Shown: positions 12,914 through 25,062 of the stretch, piece by piece
Position numbering within the stretch: the stretch's first letter is position 1
Layout: every line of letters starts with the position of its first letter
Assembly (NCBI RefSeq): GCF_006345805.1
Contig: NC_042997.1
Span: forward strand, 49,476,001 to 49,540,000
Reading direction: 5' to 3'
Length of the DNA: 64,000 bases
Source: Octopus sinensis
Lineage: Eukaryota
The notes under the pieces: generated by a model
Databases searched by the model: none
What the model was told of the DNA's origin: nothing
What the model saw: the letters and a program-made list of their open reading frames with translations, nothing else
Program-made: the position numbers and the translations under genes

Positions 12914-13250
12914 AGTTTCGCTCTTGGCTGTATTAATCTTTCCCTTTCATCGAACATTCTCTAGTATTCAGCGATTTGAGCACGCTATATATTAGAAGTA
13001 AAAATTATAGCATTATTTTTGTAACGTATCAATCTATAAATATTTATATTGGTATTTCTATGTTAATAACGTATTTCGGAGTAAAATGACGGGGGAGGAA
13101 ACATCCCATAAGTTTAGAGGAAATCTTCAAATTTCTTCAATCGGAAATGACGGAAATGCGCACTCGAGTTCTTTCCTTACCTCATAACAAGAGTGTTAAA
13201 TATAAATTTGTGCGTGGGTGTGGGTATGAGAAAAAACTATATATATATAT

Positions 13251-13437
13251 ATTTCGTATCTGGATTTGGCTTGCAAGATTCTTTATGTGGGTTTGTGTGT
13301 TGAATCATTCATTATTGAAAAGGTTGCAAGACGCAACGAGAATTTTAGGAAAATAAAGAAAATAAGTGGAAATTTCATCGGTGTGTGTGTTAAATTATAA
13401 GGCACTAAAAGAGAATGACTCTCCCCAGACACAACAG
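13251..13437. repeat. Repeat shared with 33497-33690 (Penelope-associated), internally inverted arrangement
   Basis: 13312-13437 matches 33501-33630 directly; 13251-13285 is the reverse complement of about 33655-33690. Confidence 0.75.
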
Positions 13438-13994
13438 TATATATATATAGAGAGAGGTTATGAGAGGTGATGGTGTCAGTGAGACCCAAAGGTGTCAGGC
13501 AATGCTGAATAAGTGCTATGGGTTGACCATAGTTAAGTTCCAGATTCGGTGATTATGCGAATAAGGGGTCAGTTTCCGCCAACTAAATCCTAAGGTCAGC
13601 GCAAGTTTATAAAAAAAAAAAGAAAAACAAACGACACACAATTATACATATATATATATATATATATATTATTTACATTTATGATGCAAAACATCCTGCA
13701 GACTACGACAATCAATAAAATAGATATAAAATTTTAGAATTGATGCTTTCTGTGAGGATTGGTACAAAATGATATATGACCCTGTAAACAAATAAATAAA
13801 TAAATGCATCTATGCATTGCATGTACATACACATATCACGGACGATATAATCAGACATAAGGACAACATCTAGAGGTAGGGTTGAATGGGTAGGTACTGT
13901 ATGTGCGCGCGTGTGTAAATGTTTATTATTCCGAGAAAACACATGTGTAAACGACTGTGAGTGTTTGTGTTGGTATTTTGCATTTACCGCATCA

Positions 13995-14376
13995 AACCAT
14001 CCATCCATTGTAAGCTACACCAATGCTAGAACGAGACGACACTGCATAGTGCCAAAGATCCCAGCAATGCCATCACGCTTCAGGACCAGCTTCTGCAACT
14101 GCCTGGGTTTCAAGGGCTCACAGCTTTTTAATATTCTCCCAAAGAGTCTGAGTAGATGTAGATGTAGCGGTTTTTAAATCAAAGCTGGACATCTTCCTGT
14201 CAAGAGTCCCAGATGAAACTACCTCACGGCAAGAGGTGCAAATGAGAGTAGCTGTATCAAAATCCATTCTTCACCAAGTGCCACATATTAGACGAGGTTC
14301 GTCGCAATAACAGTGTAGCACAAAACGGCGATGCATCAGCATGGCCGCAGCTCTGAGCTGAAAACTAGAAAAAAAA
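13995..14376 (+). mobile_element. CR1-group LINE 3' end with 3' UTR and A tail
   Basis: Reads RHCIVPKIP...FCNCLGFKGSQLFNILPKSL and, after a frameshift, FKSKLDIFLSRVPDE; the tail is similar to the SINE A tail. Confidence 0.75.
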
Positions 14377-14379
14377 ATA

Positions 14380-14484
14380 TATATACATATATATATGTAT
14401 GTATATATAATATATATATATATATAATATAATATATATGATACATATATACTTATATACATATAGTATATATATTATATATAT

Positions 14485-14516
<32 letters not shown>

Positions 14517-14791
14517 CACACATATACATACATAATTCCATACATACAGATATATATGTGTGTATATATATATAATTATATACATTCCGCCACCACATAC
14601 ATACAAGTATAATACATATGTACATACGTACATACATACACGAATAACGGGAAATTGTGCCTTTGTTCTATGTCGAGTGTATGCGTTTTGCTTGTATATA
14701 TATACATATGTGTGTATATTCACTTGGCAGTATAACAAAATACACGCATCTGTCTGTCTGCATGTCGGTCTCTCAATATATGTGTAGTGCA

Positions 14792-14822
<31 letters not shown>

Positions 14823-14850
14823 GTGTATATATATATATATATATATAAGT
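14380..14850. repeat. Compound (TA)n/(TG)n/(CATA)n microsatellite region
   Basis: Direct reading. Confidence 0.85.
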
Positions 14851-14999
14851 AGTTGAATGAATTATCTTAGTATGGATAATTCGGTTAACCGATACCTGGG
14901 TAGCAAATTCACGTCAGAAAAACACGGTTGAAGCTACATGCCAAGGGCAGAGATCACGTGCTTTCGTGTGGAAATTTGTGCGTTTTTTTAATACTAATA

Positions 15000-15208
15000 A
15001 ATGAAAGAATGGAGTTGAGCGACGATTTAACAAAATTCCTTTATTCTCGACATATGTTTCGAAGGCTGCATATTCCTAATTTCGAAGGAATAAGGGGTGC
15101 ATCATGCCGCCTTCTCATCAGGAAAAACAAGGAGCTTATGTCAGCATCAAGATGAACAAAAACTCTTAGATGACTGCCCACACGGAGTCCCAACTCCATT
15201 CTTTCATT
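15000..15208. repeat. 209-bp unit bounded by perfect 18-bp inverted repeats
   Basis: aatgaaagaatggagttg (15000-15017) and caactccattctttcatt (15191-15208). Confidence 0.9.
15037..15133 (-). ncRNA. Minimal type-I hammerhead ribozyme, intact core, extended stem II
   Basis: Minus strand: TCCTTGTTTTTC-CTGATGA-GAAGGC...(TATTCCT/AGGAATA)...GCCTTC-GAAA-C-ATAT-G-TC-GAGAATAAAGGA; palindrome ACATATGT; predicted cleavage 3' of the C at 15049. Confidence 0.85.
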
Positions 15209-15239
15209 GATATATATATTGTGCACGTTCGCGCACGCA

Positions 15240-16230
15240 TACACGCATGCATGCACCACGCTCGTGGTTTGACCGACTAGATCTCCTGTACGTATCTGGG
15301 GCCGGCGCGTGTCTTTGGGTTCTCCCACGCGACTGTCGCCGCGGGACCACTTCTTCCTCTCCCCCCCTCCGCTGCAGTTTTTTTTTCTTTAACCCCCCCC
15401 CTTTTTGTACACACACGCACACACATACACACACCCACTCACACACACACATTGCATATATATATACATTACACTTACACACACTTCAAATTTACTTGCC
15501 ATACACACAACTAGCACACTGGACACCTACACTACTCTACACAACACTGGCACTTTACATACGCCCCCACCCTTTCCCTCCTTCCCTTCTTCCTTCTTCC
15601 CTCCTTCCCTTCTTCCCTCCTTCCTCCCTTTTTTTACCACTGACCACTCACTCGAGACTTGCTATGTCATCTGTTCGCCTGCACGCACTAACCATATACC
15701 TATTTTTTGTTTTTTTATCTCGCCTCCACAGACACATACACACACGCACACGCACACACTCACACATACATACACACGCACACACATACCTCCCTGTTTC
15801 TGATCTGCCTTCTGACTTGCTAGGGTACCCCCACACACTCCTTTAATTCTACTACTGCCTGCACTAGCCACTGTCCACCATACACAACACATACACACAC
15901 ACGCACACACTCACACACACACCCTCGTTTTCTTCGTACACCTTTTTTACCATTCCCTCTTTGATTCAGCTCTCCTGTTTTTAAAAAACATTTTCCTCCT
16001 TTTTTTACTACTTCCGTCTTTTCAGTATGTGACCTCGTGAAGACTACTGCAATTTCTTTTTCCTCTGTCCTCCCGTCTCGGGATCTTTCTTTCTCCTATG
16101 TTTCCGACGAAGAGCTCCGCTCGAAACGTCATACCCTCCTTCTTCCATTTTCCTGAGCGCCTAATAATAATAATACTGTAATTGTTCCACGTGTTGTTGT
16201 TTTTTCTGTTTTCCCGTTTGGATTAACCTT
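15240..16230 (+). mobile_element. Probable Penelope-associated non-autonomous repeat
   Basis: Pyrimidine-rich body ending in a hammerhead-like motif and an AT-rich tail; family assignment is recalled, not verified. Confidence 0.4.
16100..16134 (+). ncRNA. Hammerhead-like minimal motif with variant core (CCGACGA)
   Basis: GTTT-CCGACGA-A-GAGC-TCC-GCTC-GAAAC-GTC-ATAC; 4-bp stem II, stem I with one mismatch. Confidence 0.5.
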
Positions 16231-17125
16231 ATATATATATATATATATATATATTATAAATGAGGGGGAAAAATTTGATATTAATTTAATAATACCATCA
16301 ATTTAACACCAAGTGGCTTAGCACATAAAACTAGGGAGATAATACAAGTTTATACATAAATTATAAGAGAGTTACCACTATATGGATAGCTCTAGTGCTA
16401 ACAATAGCTCCGTTACTATATATTTATGTATATATAAACTTAGATAAACTTAGATATGTTTCGACCAAAGATTGGTCCAGGCCATGTCTAACTTAATAGC
16501 ACCACCTGATATATATATCAGGTGATATATATATATGTATATATATACATATATATCAGGTGATATATATATATATATATATATATACACATTTTAACTT
16601 TAGTGTGGACACGTATGTGTGTGTTACTATCTACATGTGTACACGCATGTGTGTGTGACGTGCGTATAAACACACACGCAGTGCTTAGACATACACACAC
16701 CACCTTAATATGTTTGTGTGTGTTGACATGTATATTCCTTACGTTGATATTCACTAAATACTTCTTTGTATCCGTACGTACTGCGTCCGTATAAGTATCA
16801 TTCATTGGTCTCGGCCACAACTGTATAAATTCCAGGCTGACAACCGGAAACAGATGGAACACGGGATCCGGCAATCAAATACTAAATATATAAACAAAAT
16901 TTCACCATTCAAAAGGTTATTTTCATATGCTTGTTTGTATGCCATTGTTTTATCGCTTCTTTCCTATTAATATTCACTCTTCACATTGTCGTCTACCCTC
17001 GACCTAGTTCATTGAATCTCTCAATTTTTCCTCTTTCCAGTTTATACATACATGCATGCATACATACATACAAGCAGGCTGACAGAGAATCAGGCAGACA
17101 AACGGAAATGCATATTTTATACACA

Positions 17126-17192
<67 letters not shown>

Positions 17193-17221
17193 TTCTCCCT
17201 CCTTCTCTCTGTCTGTCTGTC

Positions 17222-17375
17222 TCCCAACTACAAAATTCCGGGTTAAGTCCCAGTGCATGCACCTTGGGCAAGTATCTTCAACTATAGCCTCAGGCAGACC
17301 AAAGCCTTGTGAGTCGATTTGGTAGACGGAAACTGATAGAAGCCCGTCGTGTATATATATATATATTATATATAT

Positions 17376-17430
<55 letters not shown>

Positions 17431-17474
17431 TGTGTGTGTGTGTGTTGTGTGTGTATTTATATATATATATTATA

Positions 17475-17507
<33 letters not shown>

Positions 17508-17735
17508 ACATGTATGTATTTGTATATGTGTGTTTATCTCGTCACCATCACTTGACAACCGATGTTGGTGTGTTTATGTCCCCATAACTTCGTGGTTTCG
17601 CATAGAGATCAATAGAATAAGTACTAGGCTTACAATGAATAAGTCCTGAGGCCGATTTGTTCGACTAAAGGCAGTGCTCCAGCGTGGCCGCAGTCAAATG
17701 ACTGAAACAAGTACAAAGGATAAAAAGATTAAAAG

Positions 17736-17737
<2 letters not shown>
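17222..17737 (+). mobile_element. SINE family A with expanded central microsatellite
   Basis: Colinear with 10381-10787; central repeat expanded at 17350-17535. Confidence 0.88.
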
Positions 17738-17796
<59 letters not shown>

Positions 17797-17973
17797 ATAA
17801 ATCAAAATAAGCAACAAGATATCAAGAAGTTATGCAGTACGACCGTTTCAAGCAACTCCAATTAAATGAACAAAGCAATCATTACATCAATTTAAACGCA
17901 GGGCTATCATCAGCTGCACAAATAAATATAATTTTGATCAGTCGGACACATTAATATAATTTTACGCAAATAC

Positions 17974-18104
17974 TTTAACAGAGCAATAAGATGGAAGAAA
18001 TCAATGTTGTCGCTATTGTAGCTACTGCCTTTCTTGGAAGTGTAGTATATTCTTAGCTACAATAGCGACAACGTGGATTTCTTCCATCTTCTTGCTCTGT
18101 TAAA
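17974..18104. repeat. Inverted repeat, about 51-bp arms and 29-nt spacer
   Basis: tttaacagagcaataagatggaagaaatcaatgttgtcgctattgtagcta versus tagctacaatagcgacaacgtggatttcttccatcttcttgctctgttaaa. Confidence 0.92.
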
Positions 18105-18776
18105 GGACTGTGACAACTATACATATACGCGCGCACTACCAAGTATATTAAAAGTTTACAAGTCAATATTGTCCCCTGTTTTGGTGTTAGCAGTGCAACG
18201 TACTCATTTTTTAATTTTATCTCTACAGACTTTCTATAGAATTCAGACCTAGCACTGAAAGTTCCAGTCTTTTATAGACGATTACGTTTACGTTTATGTA
18301 AGCAATACGATCGAAGATGGAAAAAAAGGTAATTAGAGTATATACATATTTCAAGAGGTATTACTCTTTCATCAGTAACATATCCAATCCATTAACTATC
18401 TACGAACGCATTGCTTAACCTTCTTGGAACACCTGGGCCGACTGATCGGCCAAAGTGATACAAGCTGAAAAGACTTTGAGGTCGATCCATCGGACCGATG
18501 AAACAAACATTTTGAAGTGTAATAGCCAATCGGAGACTGTCTTTCAGTAGATATAATCGGAGATTGTCCTTCAGTAGATATAATATAAAAAAAACTATAC
18601 AATATAGTTTTAGATACTTAGAAAGTAGTTTTAGGCGCTTAATCGTTTGTTTTCTACATGCATCCATCAATTTCAATCTTAATAGAAAAAAATGTATGGT
18701 CCTTTTGGCTACACATACCAAATCACCATGTGTCTCAAAAGAGTTAAATGCCCTTTAAGTTTGGCAGCATAGCACT

Positions 18777-18970
18777 TTGGATAGACCAATTTACTCATTA
18801 AACACATTCTTGGCAGCTGGTACGTAAATAGTAATCGCTGACAAGAACACAATATTTCATTTTGAAATCATAATATACGACCAGGTTTCGATATTGTGGT
18901 TGTAAAACGAAATATTGTGTCTTTGCTCAGCTGCCAGGAATGTGCTTTAGAAGTAAATTGGTCTATCCAA
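18777..18970. repeat. Imperfect inverted repeat (MITE-like)
   Basis: ttggatagaccaatttact...cacattcttggcagctg pairs with cagctgccaggaatgtg...agtaaattggtctatccaa; inner arms acacaatatttc / gaaatattgtgt. Confidence 0.8.
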
Positions 18971-19362
18971 TAGTCTTACATCGCTAAACCACTTCTCAGT
19001 CGAGAAGTATTTGCGATTCATTGAAAAGCGCTTCAGAAAATCTTTCAAGAGCTTCATTCATATAATCGGTTTGGAGAAATAAACACGTGTAATCATTATT
19101 TAGCAAGAAATTCAAAATTTTCGTAGTAATTATAGTGCCGAGAAAGTGCAAAAGATATCAGCTTTTTGGATACACATATCAGGCGGGTATAAATTAATGT
19201 AGAAGTTTTGCGTCTGTAAATATGTGTGGTAGAGTAGGATTTAAATATTGGTGTATATAGTGTTGCTTTACATTCCCTTGTTTTATTATAAATGCGTAAT
19301 GAATATTGCCATAATGAGCGTAGTTTTGTACTATTTATTGTATTTACAGTAAAAAAGTTCTT

Positions 19363-19931
19363 TTCTACTCTAGGCCTGAAACTTTTGGGGAAGGGGATAG
19401 TCGATTAGATCGACTCCAGTATGCAACTGGTACTTAAATTATCGACCCCGAAAGAATGAAAGGCAAAGTCGACTTCGGAGGTATTTGAACTCAGAACGTA
19501 AAAACAGACGAAATACCTATTTCTTCACTACCCACAAGGGGCTAAACACAGAGGGGACAAACAAGGACAGACAAACGGATTAAGTCGATAATATCGACCC
19601 CAGTGCGTAACTGGTACTTATTTAATCGACTCCGAAAGGATGAAAGGCAAAATCGACCTCGGCGGAATTTGAACTCAGAACGTAGCGGGAGACGAAATAC
19701 CTATTTCTTTACTACCCACAAGGGCTAAACACAGAGAGGACAAACAAGGACAGACGAACGGATTAAGTCGATTATATCGACCCCAGTGCGTAACTGGTAC
19801 TTATTTAATCGACCCCGAAAGGATGAAAGGCAAAGTCGACCTCGGCGGAATTTGAACTCAGAACGTAAAGGCAGACGAAATACTGCTAAGCTTTTCGCCC
19901 GGCGTGCTAACGTTTCTGCCAGTTCGCCGCC
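19363..19931 (-). mobile_element. SINE family B trimer (head-body-tail1 | body-tail1 | body-tail2)
   Basis: Identical junctions at 19516/19517 and 19700/19701; about 185-bp period. Confidence 0.92.
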
Positions 19932-20030
19932 TTGTTTACAGTAAAAAATTAAAATTATAGAAAGTGTCAACGGCCACCAGCTGGCTACAACAAGAAGGCT
20001 GCGACAAAATGGGCTGCTTCTATTCTATAG

Positions 20031-20031
<1 letters not shown>

Positions 20032-20080
<49 letters not shown>

Positions 20081-20112
20081 ACACACACACACACACACAT
20101 ACACACACACTC
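20032..20112. repeat. (CA)n microsatellite
   Basis: Direct reading. Confidence 0.95.
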
Positions 20113-21013
20113 ACATCTATGTAACTTTGTACACAAAGTTTTTGGTAAGTATAACCCAACCATAGATATGCAGATGCGATGTTTGCCAAAACAAGTAGTG
20201 TCCGCTTAGGCCTAGCTACTTCACACTACAATGCTTGTCTCAGTTTTCTGGCTTGGTAGATCCAAAAGGTAGGGGAAATAAGTCCAAAATTTTAATTAAT
20301 TAAAACTGATTAGAAACGGAATACTGGGAGGAGTGATTTTGCTCTTTATCTGTATAGTAATAGCTCCCGATAAATTTAGATGTCGAACCTCAAGAGAGCA
20401 CAGTCTAACTAACCACCACTGCTATAGGTATACAGATACAGTTTTTAGTGACTGGACATTAAATGGTGTAATAACCCAAAAGAAAGACTAAATGAATTAT
20501 ACTCTGGATTTTATGAAAAAAAAAAAAAAAAAAAAAAAAAAACGCAATATTTGTCGGTGAGGAAAGAGTAATCACATTTTGGTATATTGAGAGGTATATA
20601 TATATATTGGTATATGAGCGTCTGTGAGAGATCTCTTTCCCGAAATAATACTCTTTATTGTATCAGGATGAACAACCTGAAATCCTATCACATATACTTT
20701 CAGATGTAACAGCATAGCAAAATTATCTATTTCGCCCTTGTTATCTTGTTTCAATTTCTTTAACGAAATATTCTGTTACTGCAATGAAATTCCACATTAG
20801 AAAACGATAATGCAAAAACCATATGGCGTGTTATAGCATACTGAAGAATTATTGACTTGCACAGAGTAAATCTGACACAATTTCCGATAAAAAAAAAAAC
20901 GAAAATCAGAAGTGTGTTAATATAGACATATCAGGCGGGTATCATTTAATGCAGAGGCAAGCTGAAGAGCTAAGGATTTACAGTTGTCTTAGCTGCTAAA
21001 TCATAAACATTGA

Positions 21014-21432
21014 GGATCTTTTCGGTTTGAACGGCAGTTTTTAACATAATTTCTAGGTAACTAAAAAATTTTAAACTTCGTATACTGGTAGAATGTGTTT
21101 ATAAAACATCTTTTTCTCTTGGCTTTATTGAGAAAATTCAATGGTTTGTAAGATATTTGTTGTTTTTTTTCTTCAATTTCTGCAATTTCAACCAATCAAT
21201 GACGTCTATTGAGGTAAAAAAGAAATTCTGCACCGTATGAATATGTCCCTCGTTTAAGAAACAGATTGGGTTTATTTACATTTCTGAAGAAAAAAGATAC
21301 CCTTCCCCCCACCCCTAATCCTAACCCTAAAATAGATTGAAATGCAATAGATCGATACTAGGGTCATAATTATGGGTGACAATTTCATATGATACCGCTA
21401 GAAAAAAACTGCCGTTCAAACCGAAAGGATCC
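21014..21432. mobile_element. MITE with 29-bp TIRs and internal CCCTAA-like hexamers
   Basis: GGATCTTTTCGGTTTGAACGGCAGTTTTT ... AAAAACTGCCGTTCAAACCGAAAGGATCC. Confidence 0.85.
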
Positions 21433-21479
21433 AACATTGATATATCTAATTTGCCTAGATTTCGATTTGTACATGAGAA

Positions 21480-22372
21480 TAAATGCAAAGATGCAAAGAC
21501 ATCTGTGTGCTATTGAAGCCAACGTCTTCTTTATTCTGGTGTTATATTCACTGATTACATGTTCCATGTTGCAAGTTCCAAGATACAAGTTCTCATCCGA
21601 TATCAGCACATTTATGATAATGTTACCAGATGGGCTTGGAGTTATTTCTTGTAAGAACGCTTATCCTGAGCAGACTCCACCCCGATATCTATTGAGATTG
21701 TCAAATCTTTTTGATACCTACCATATACTTGGTATATATTTTCCCAACGTCTACAAAGCAAAATGTGTTAGGGCGGTGTCTCTGTCTCCTATGCCAATCG
21801 CATAACCTTCAGATTTCCTTAACAAAAAAGTACAGAAGTGATTTACTGAAAGTTATAAAGTTATAAAGTTTACTGAAAGTTATAAAGTTATAAGTTATAA
21901 AGTTATAAAGTTAAAGTTGTATACTTCTGCGATACTGTATCCTATAAGTGACTAAAGAACCTCTTTCTGTATTTAACTTGAGAATGGCGGTCCAGGACGA
22001 GGTCTGATTATCTATGATTTTGATAACGGTGTCTGGGACTTCAACAAGTTGAAGGTTCTCTAGCAGCCGCGAATGAATGAAACAATCGAAAGTTTTCTTT
22101 AAATCAGTCAGACTATGTTCAAGTTCCTTTTATACTTGCCACGCCTCTGACATCACAGTTTTGTTGATCAAGAATTCTCCTTTCTTTCCAGCTGCTTATT
22201 CAGCTGTGATGATATTATACCTATGACAAAAATCTTGGAAGAACAGGCTCAGGCATTTTATACGTGGGGTTCTGGAATGCAATTGGCCGGTAATTTTTTG
22301 ACAAGTGTTTTGGGATATGTTTTGTATCTGCCAGCGGCAAACAGCTTGGCTTTTTATGTCTCCACTGGGAGC
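21480..22372 (-). mobile_element. R4/Dong-like (R2-group) non-LTR reverse transcriptase fossil, 5'-truncated at (CATA)n
   Basis: Ordered frameshifted motifs KNYRPIAFQNPTYK; ITAE*AAGKKG; LINKTVMSE; DLKKTFDCFIHS; GYAIGIG..THF/FVD(V)GKIY; LYLG; EYNTRIKK. Interrupted by an (AAGTTATA)n-type repeat at 21848-21915. Confidence 0.7.
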
Positions 22373-22374
22373 GT

Positions 22375-22385
22375 GTATGTATATG

Positions 22386-22421
<36 letters not shown>

Positions 22422-22519
22422 TGTATGTATGTATGTATGTGTGTATGTATGTATGTATGTATGTGTGTATGTATGTATGTATGTATGTATGTATGTATGT
22501 ATGTATGTATGTATGTATG

Positions 22520-22553
<34 letters not shown>

Positions 22554-22681
22554 TGTATGTATGTATGTATGTATGTATGCATGCATGCATGTATGTATGT
22601 ATGTATGTATGTATGTATGCATGCATGCATGCATGTATGTATGTATGTATGTATGTATGTGTGTATGTGTATGTATGTATG

Positions 22682-22712
<31 letters not shown>

Positions 22713-22830
22713 GTATGTATGTGTATGTATGCGTGTGTGTGTCTATGCAGGTATGTATAAAAGCATGTATGTGTGTATGTTTATGTACAGGCATGTATGT
22801 ATATATGTATGCGTGTGTATATACTGGAAG
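22375..22830. repeat. Long (TATG)n tetranucleotide array
   Basis: Direct reading. Confidence 0.97.
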
Positions 22831-23079
22831 GGAAGTTAAAACTGATTGAAGATAAATAAACAGTGAAGGATTCGAGAGGCGGTGTATATAGACGGTGTGT
22901 GTAGATTGAGGATTGAATACAAAGTTGACACTGTGTATACATGGATGAGATGATGATGGGTCAGCTTCGATATTCCTTTTAAACTGTATCTTTCCAGGCA
23001 CATTCAGCAAACAGGCAATTGGTTTCCCCTTTCTCAAAGAGGTGAGGAAATCCTAACGGATGTAACATCACGCGCATGT

Positions 23080-23145
<66 letters not shown>

Positions 23146-23434
23146 AGAAACATACCCTAACAGACACAAATACTCACGTCATATATATTTATATATACAT
23201 CAAGAATATACACAAGTACGTTTGTAGATAGGCGTTAAGTGTACACACATCGACTTACATTTATGCATACTCAATAACTCGTATGCATACATAGATTGAA
23301 ATAGGCATTGTTAGGCACGCAGGTCTTTGTTTGTATAACGAAGCGATCACACACAATCGACGAGAATCCAGTGGAGATATTCATGTCACGCATATACACA
23401 TGTACGCGCCAAACCGTTTGTAAGTTTGAATCCA

Positions 23435-23750
<316 letters not shown>

Positions 23751-23971
23751 CAACAATCGTCAACTGTTTCCACAGACTCATACGCGTACACACTTAGGTG
23801 CCGAACTATTTACATACGCACATATATATATAAACACCCATAAGCTTGCACATTAAGACAAACAAACGCTGTCAACTAGATATACACTCCCATTCTAAGG
23901 CGTGTCTCCCCCTCCTCCTCGCCCCAAATACATGCACACACAAGCAAACACAAACGATACATACCATTAGC

Positions 23972-24482
23972 TACCGTAAATCCTCGAGTATAGTCCGCCC
24001 TTGAGTATAATACGCAGGGGATTTTTAGGGGGCTGTACTTAAACCTAAACCTTGTGTATAATACCTACCCCTTCTCTAACTTGAGTCAAAGAGGTTATTA
24101 TAACCTCCTTGGTTTGTAAAAATGTATACGGTAACGTCCTTTATTATTATTGTATATATAACATAATGCAAACGTGTAGCTTTTTTGTGCATTTTGCTTG
24201 CAGAAAATAAAGAAATAACAGTAATAACGTTTAATAAATGTTGCTTACTTCAAGTTGTGGATGATTCTTTTATGACTTCATAGCTTTCAGGCTTAGCTTA
24301 ATATATTTTCGCGCCCGACATCACAAAATGCGTCTGAATAAACATTGCGGCACAGCAAATAGAGACTCGGACATTGCTTAGAAAATAATTTTCATTTTTA
24401 ACCTCGTATATAGTACGCACTAGGGATTTTGACCTTTAAATTTTGGGAAAAAAATGCGGATTATACTCGAGAATTTACGGTA
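23972..24482. mobile_element. MITE family C, copy 2 (intact TIRs)
   Basis: TACCGTAAATCCTCGAGTATA ... TATACTCGAGAATTTACGGTA. Confidence 0.92.
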
Positions 24483-24704
24483 TAGTACATGCTGTTACAT
24501 AGGAGCGATGAAAATTGTTTCTAGTTGCTGTATGAGAATGCCAGCTTATTTGTTTGTTGTTGTTTAGCTTCAGGCCAGTTCTTGATGGAACAGACCTCTA
24601 TGATCGGCAATTACAGTAGAGAGCATCCTGTTTTCTTTTTCATACATAATATTTCTATTTCTATAAATACATGATCCAGTGTCAAGATGGTAAAATGTAT
24701 ACGG

Positions 24705-24985
24705 ATCTTTACCTTTTGACCGACAGATTTTAAAAATAATTTTTTGTAACTAAACGCTTTCAAACTTCGGACACTGGTAGAATGTGTCATAAAAAACATC
24801 TTTTACTCTTAGCATTTTTGAGAAAAGCTTATATTTAGGAAGTTATTTCTCATTAAAGTTGTAGTATTTCGGTAATTTCAACCGATCAATGACGTGTATT
24901 CAGTGAATAAAATTACTGCTGTTGTTTGCCAACAAGAACTTCCGGTGGTGTATATTTCGTTTGTCACTGTTATTTATGACAACCC
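24705..24985. mobile_element. Truncated relative of the 21014-21432 MITE
   Basis: Shares ggatcttt..., aaacttcg.acactggtagaatgtgt and caaccaatcaatgacgt blocks, and ends in aaccctaaccctaa. Confidence 0.6.
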
Positions 24986-25062
24986 TAACCCTAAAACCCT
25001 AATATGAGCATGTCCCTTAGTAGCTGGCGATATGTGCATTTCTGATCACGAGTAGAAGTAGT

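Noticed and set aside
16451-16485. Minus-strand GACC/GGTC-GAAACATATC hammerhead remnant
   Set aside because: The core lacks ATGA and the stem-III G; counted only as a possible remnant.
19363-19931. Regularly spaced repeats resembling a CRISPR array
   Set aside because: The units are wholly repeated SINE bodies with no unique spacers, in a eukaryotic context with no cas genes.
24958-24985. Interstitial telomere
   Set aside because: Only 2-3 CCCTAA units, inside a MITE-like repeat.
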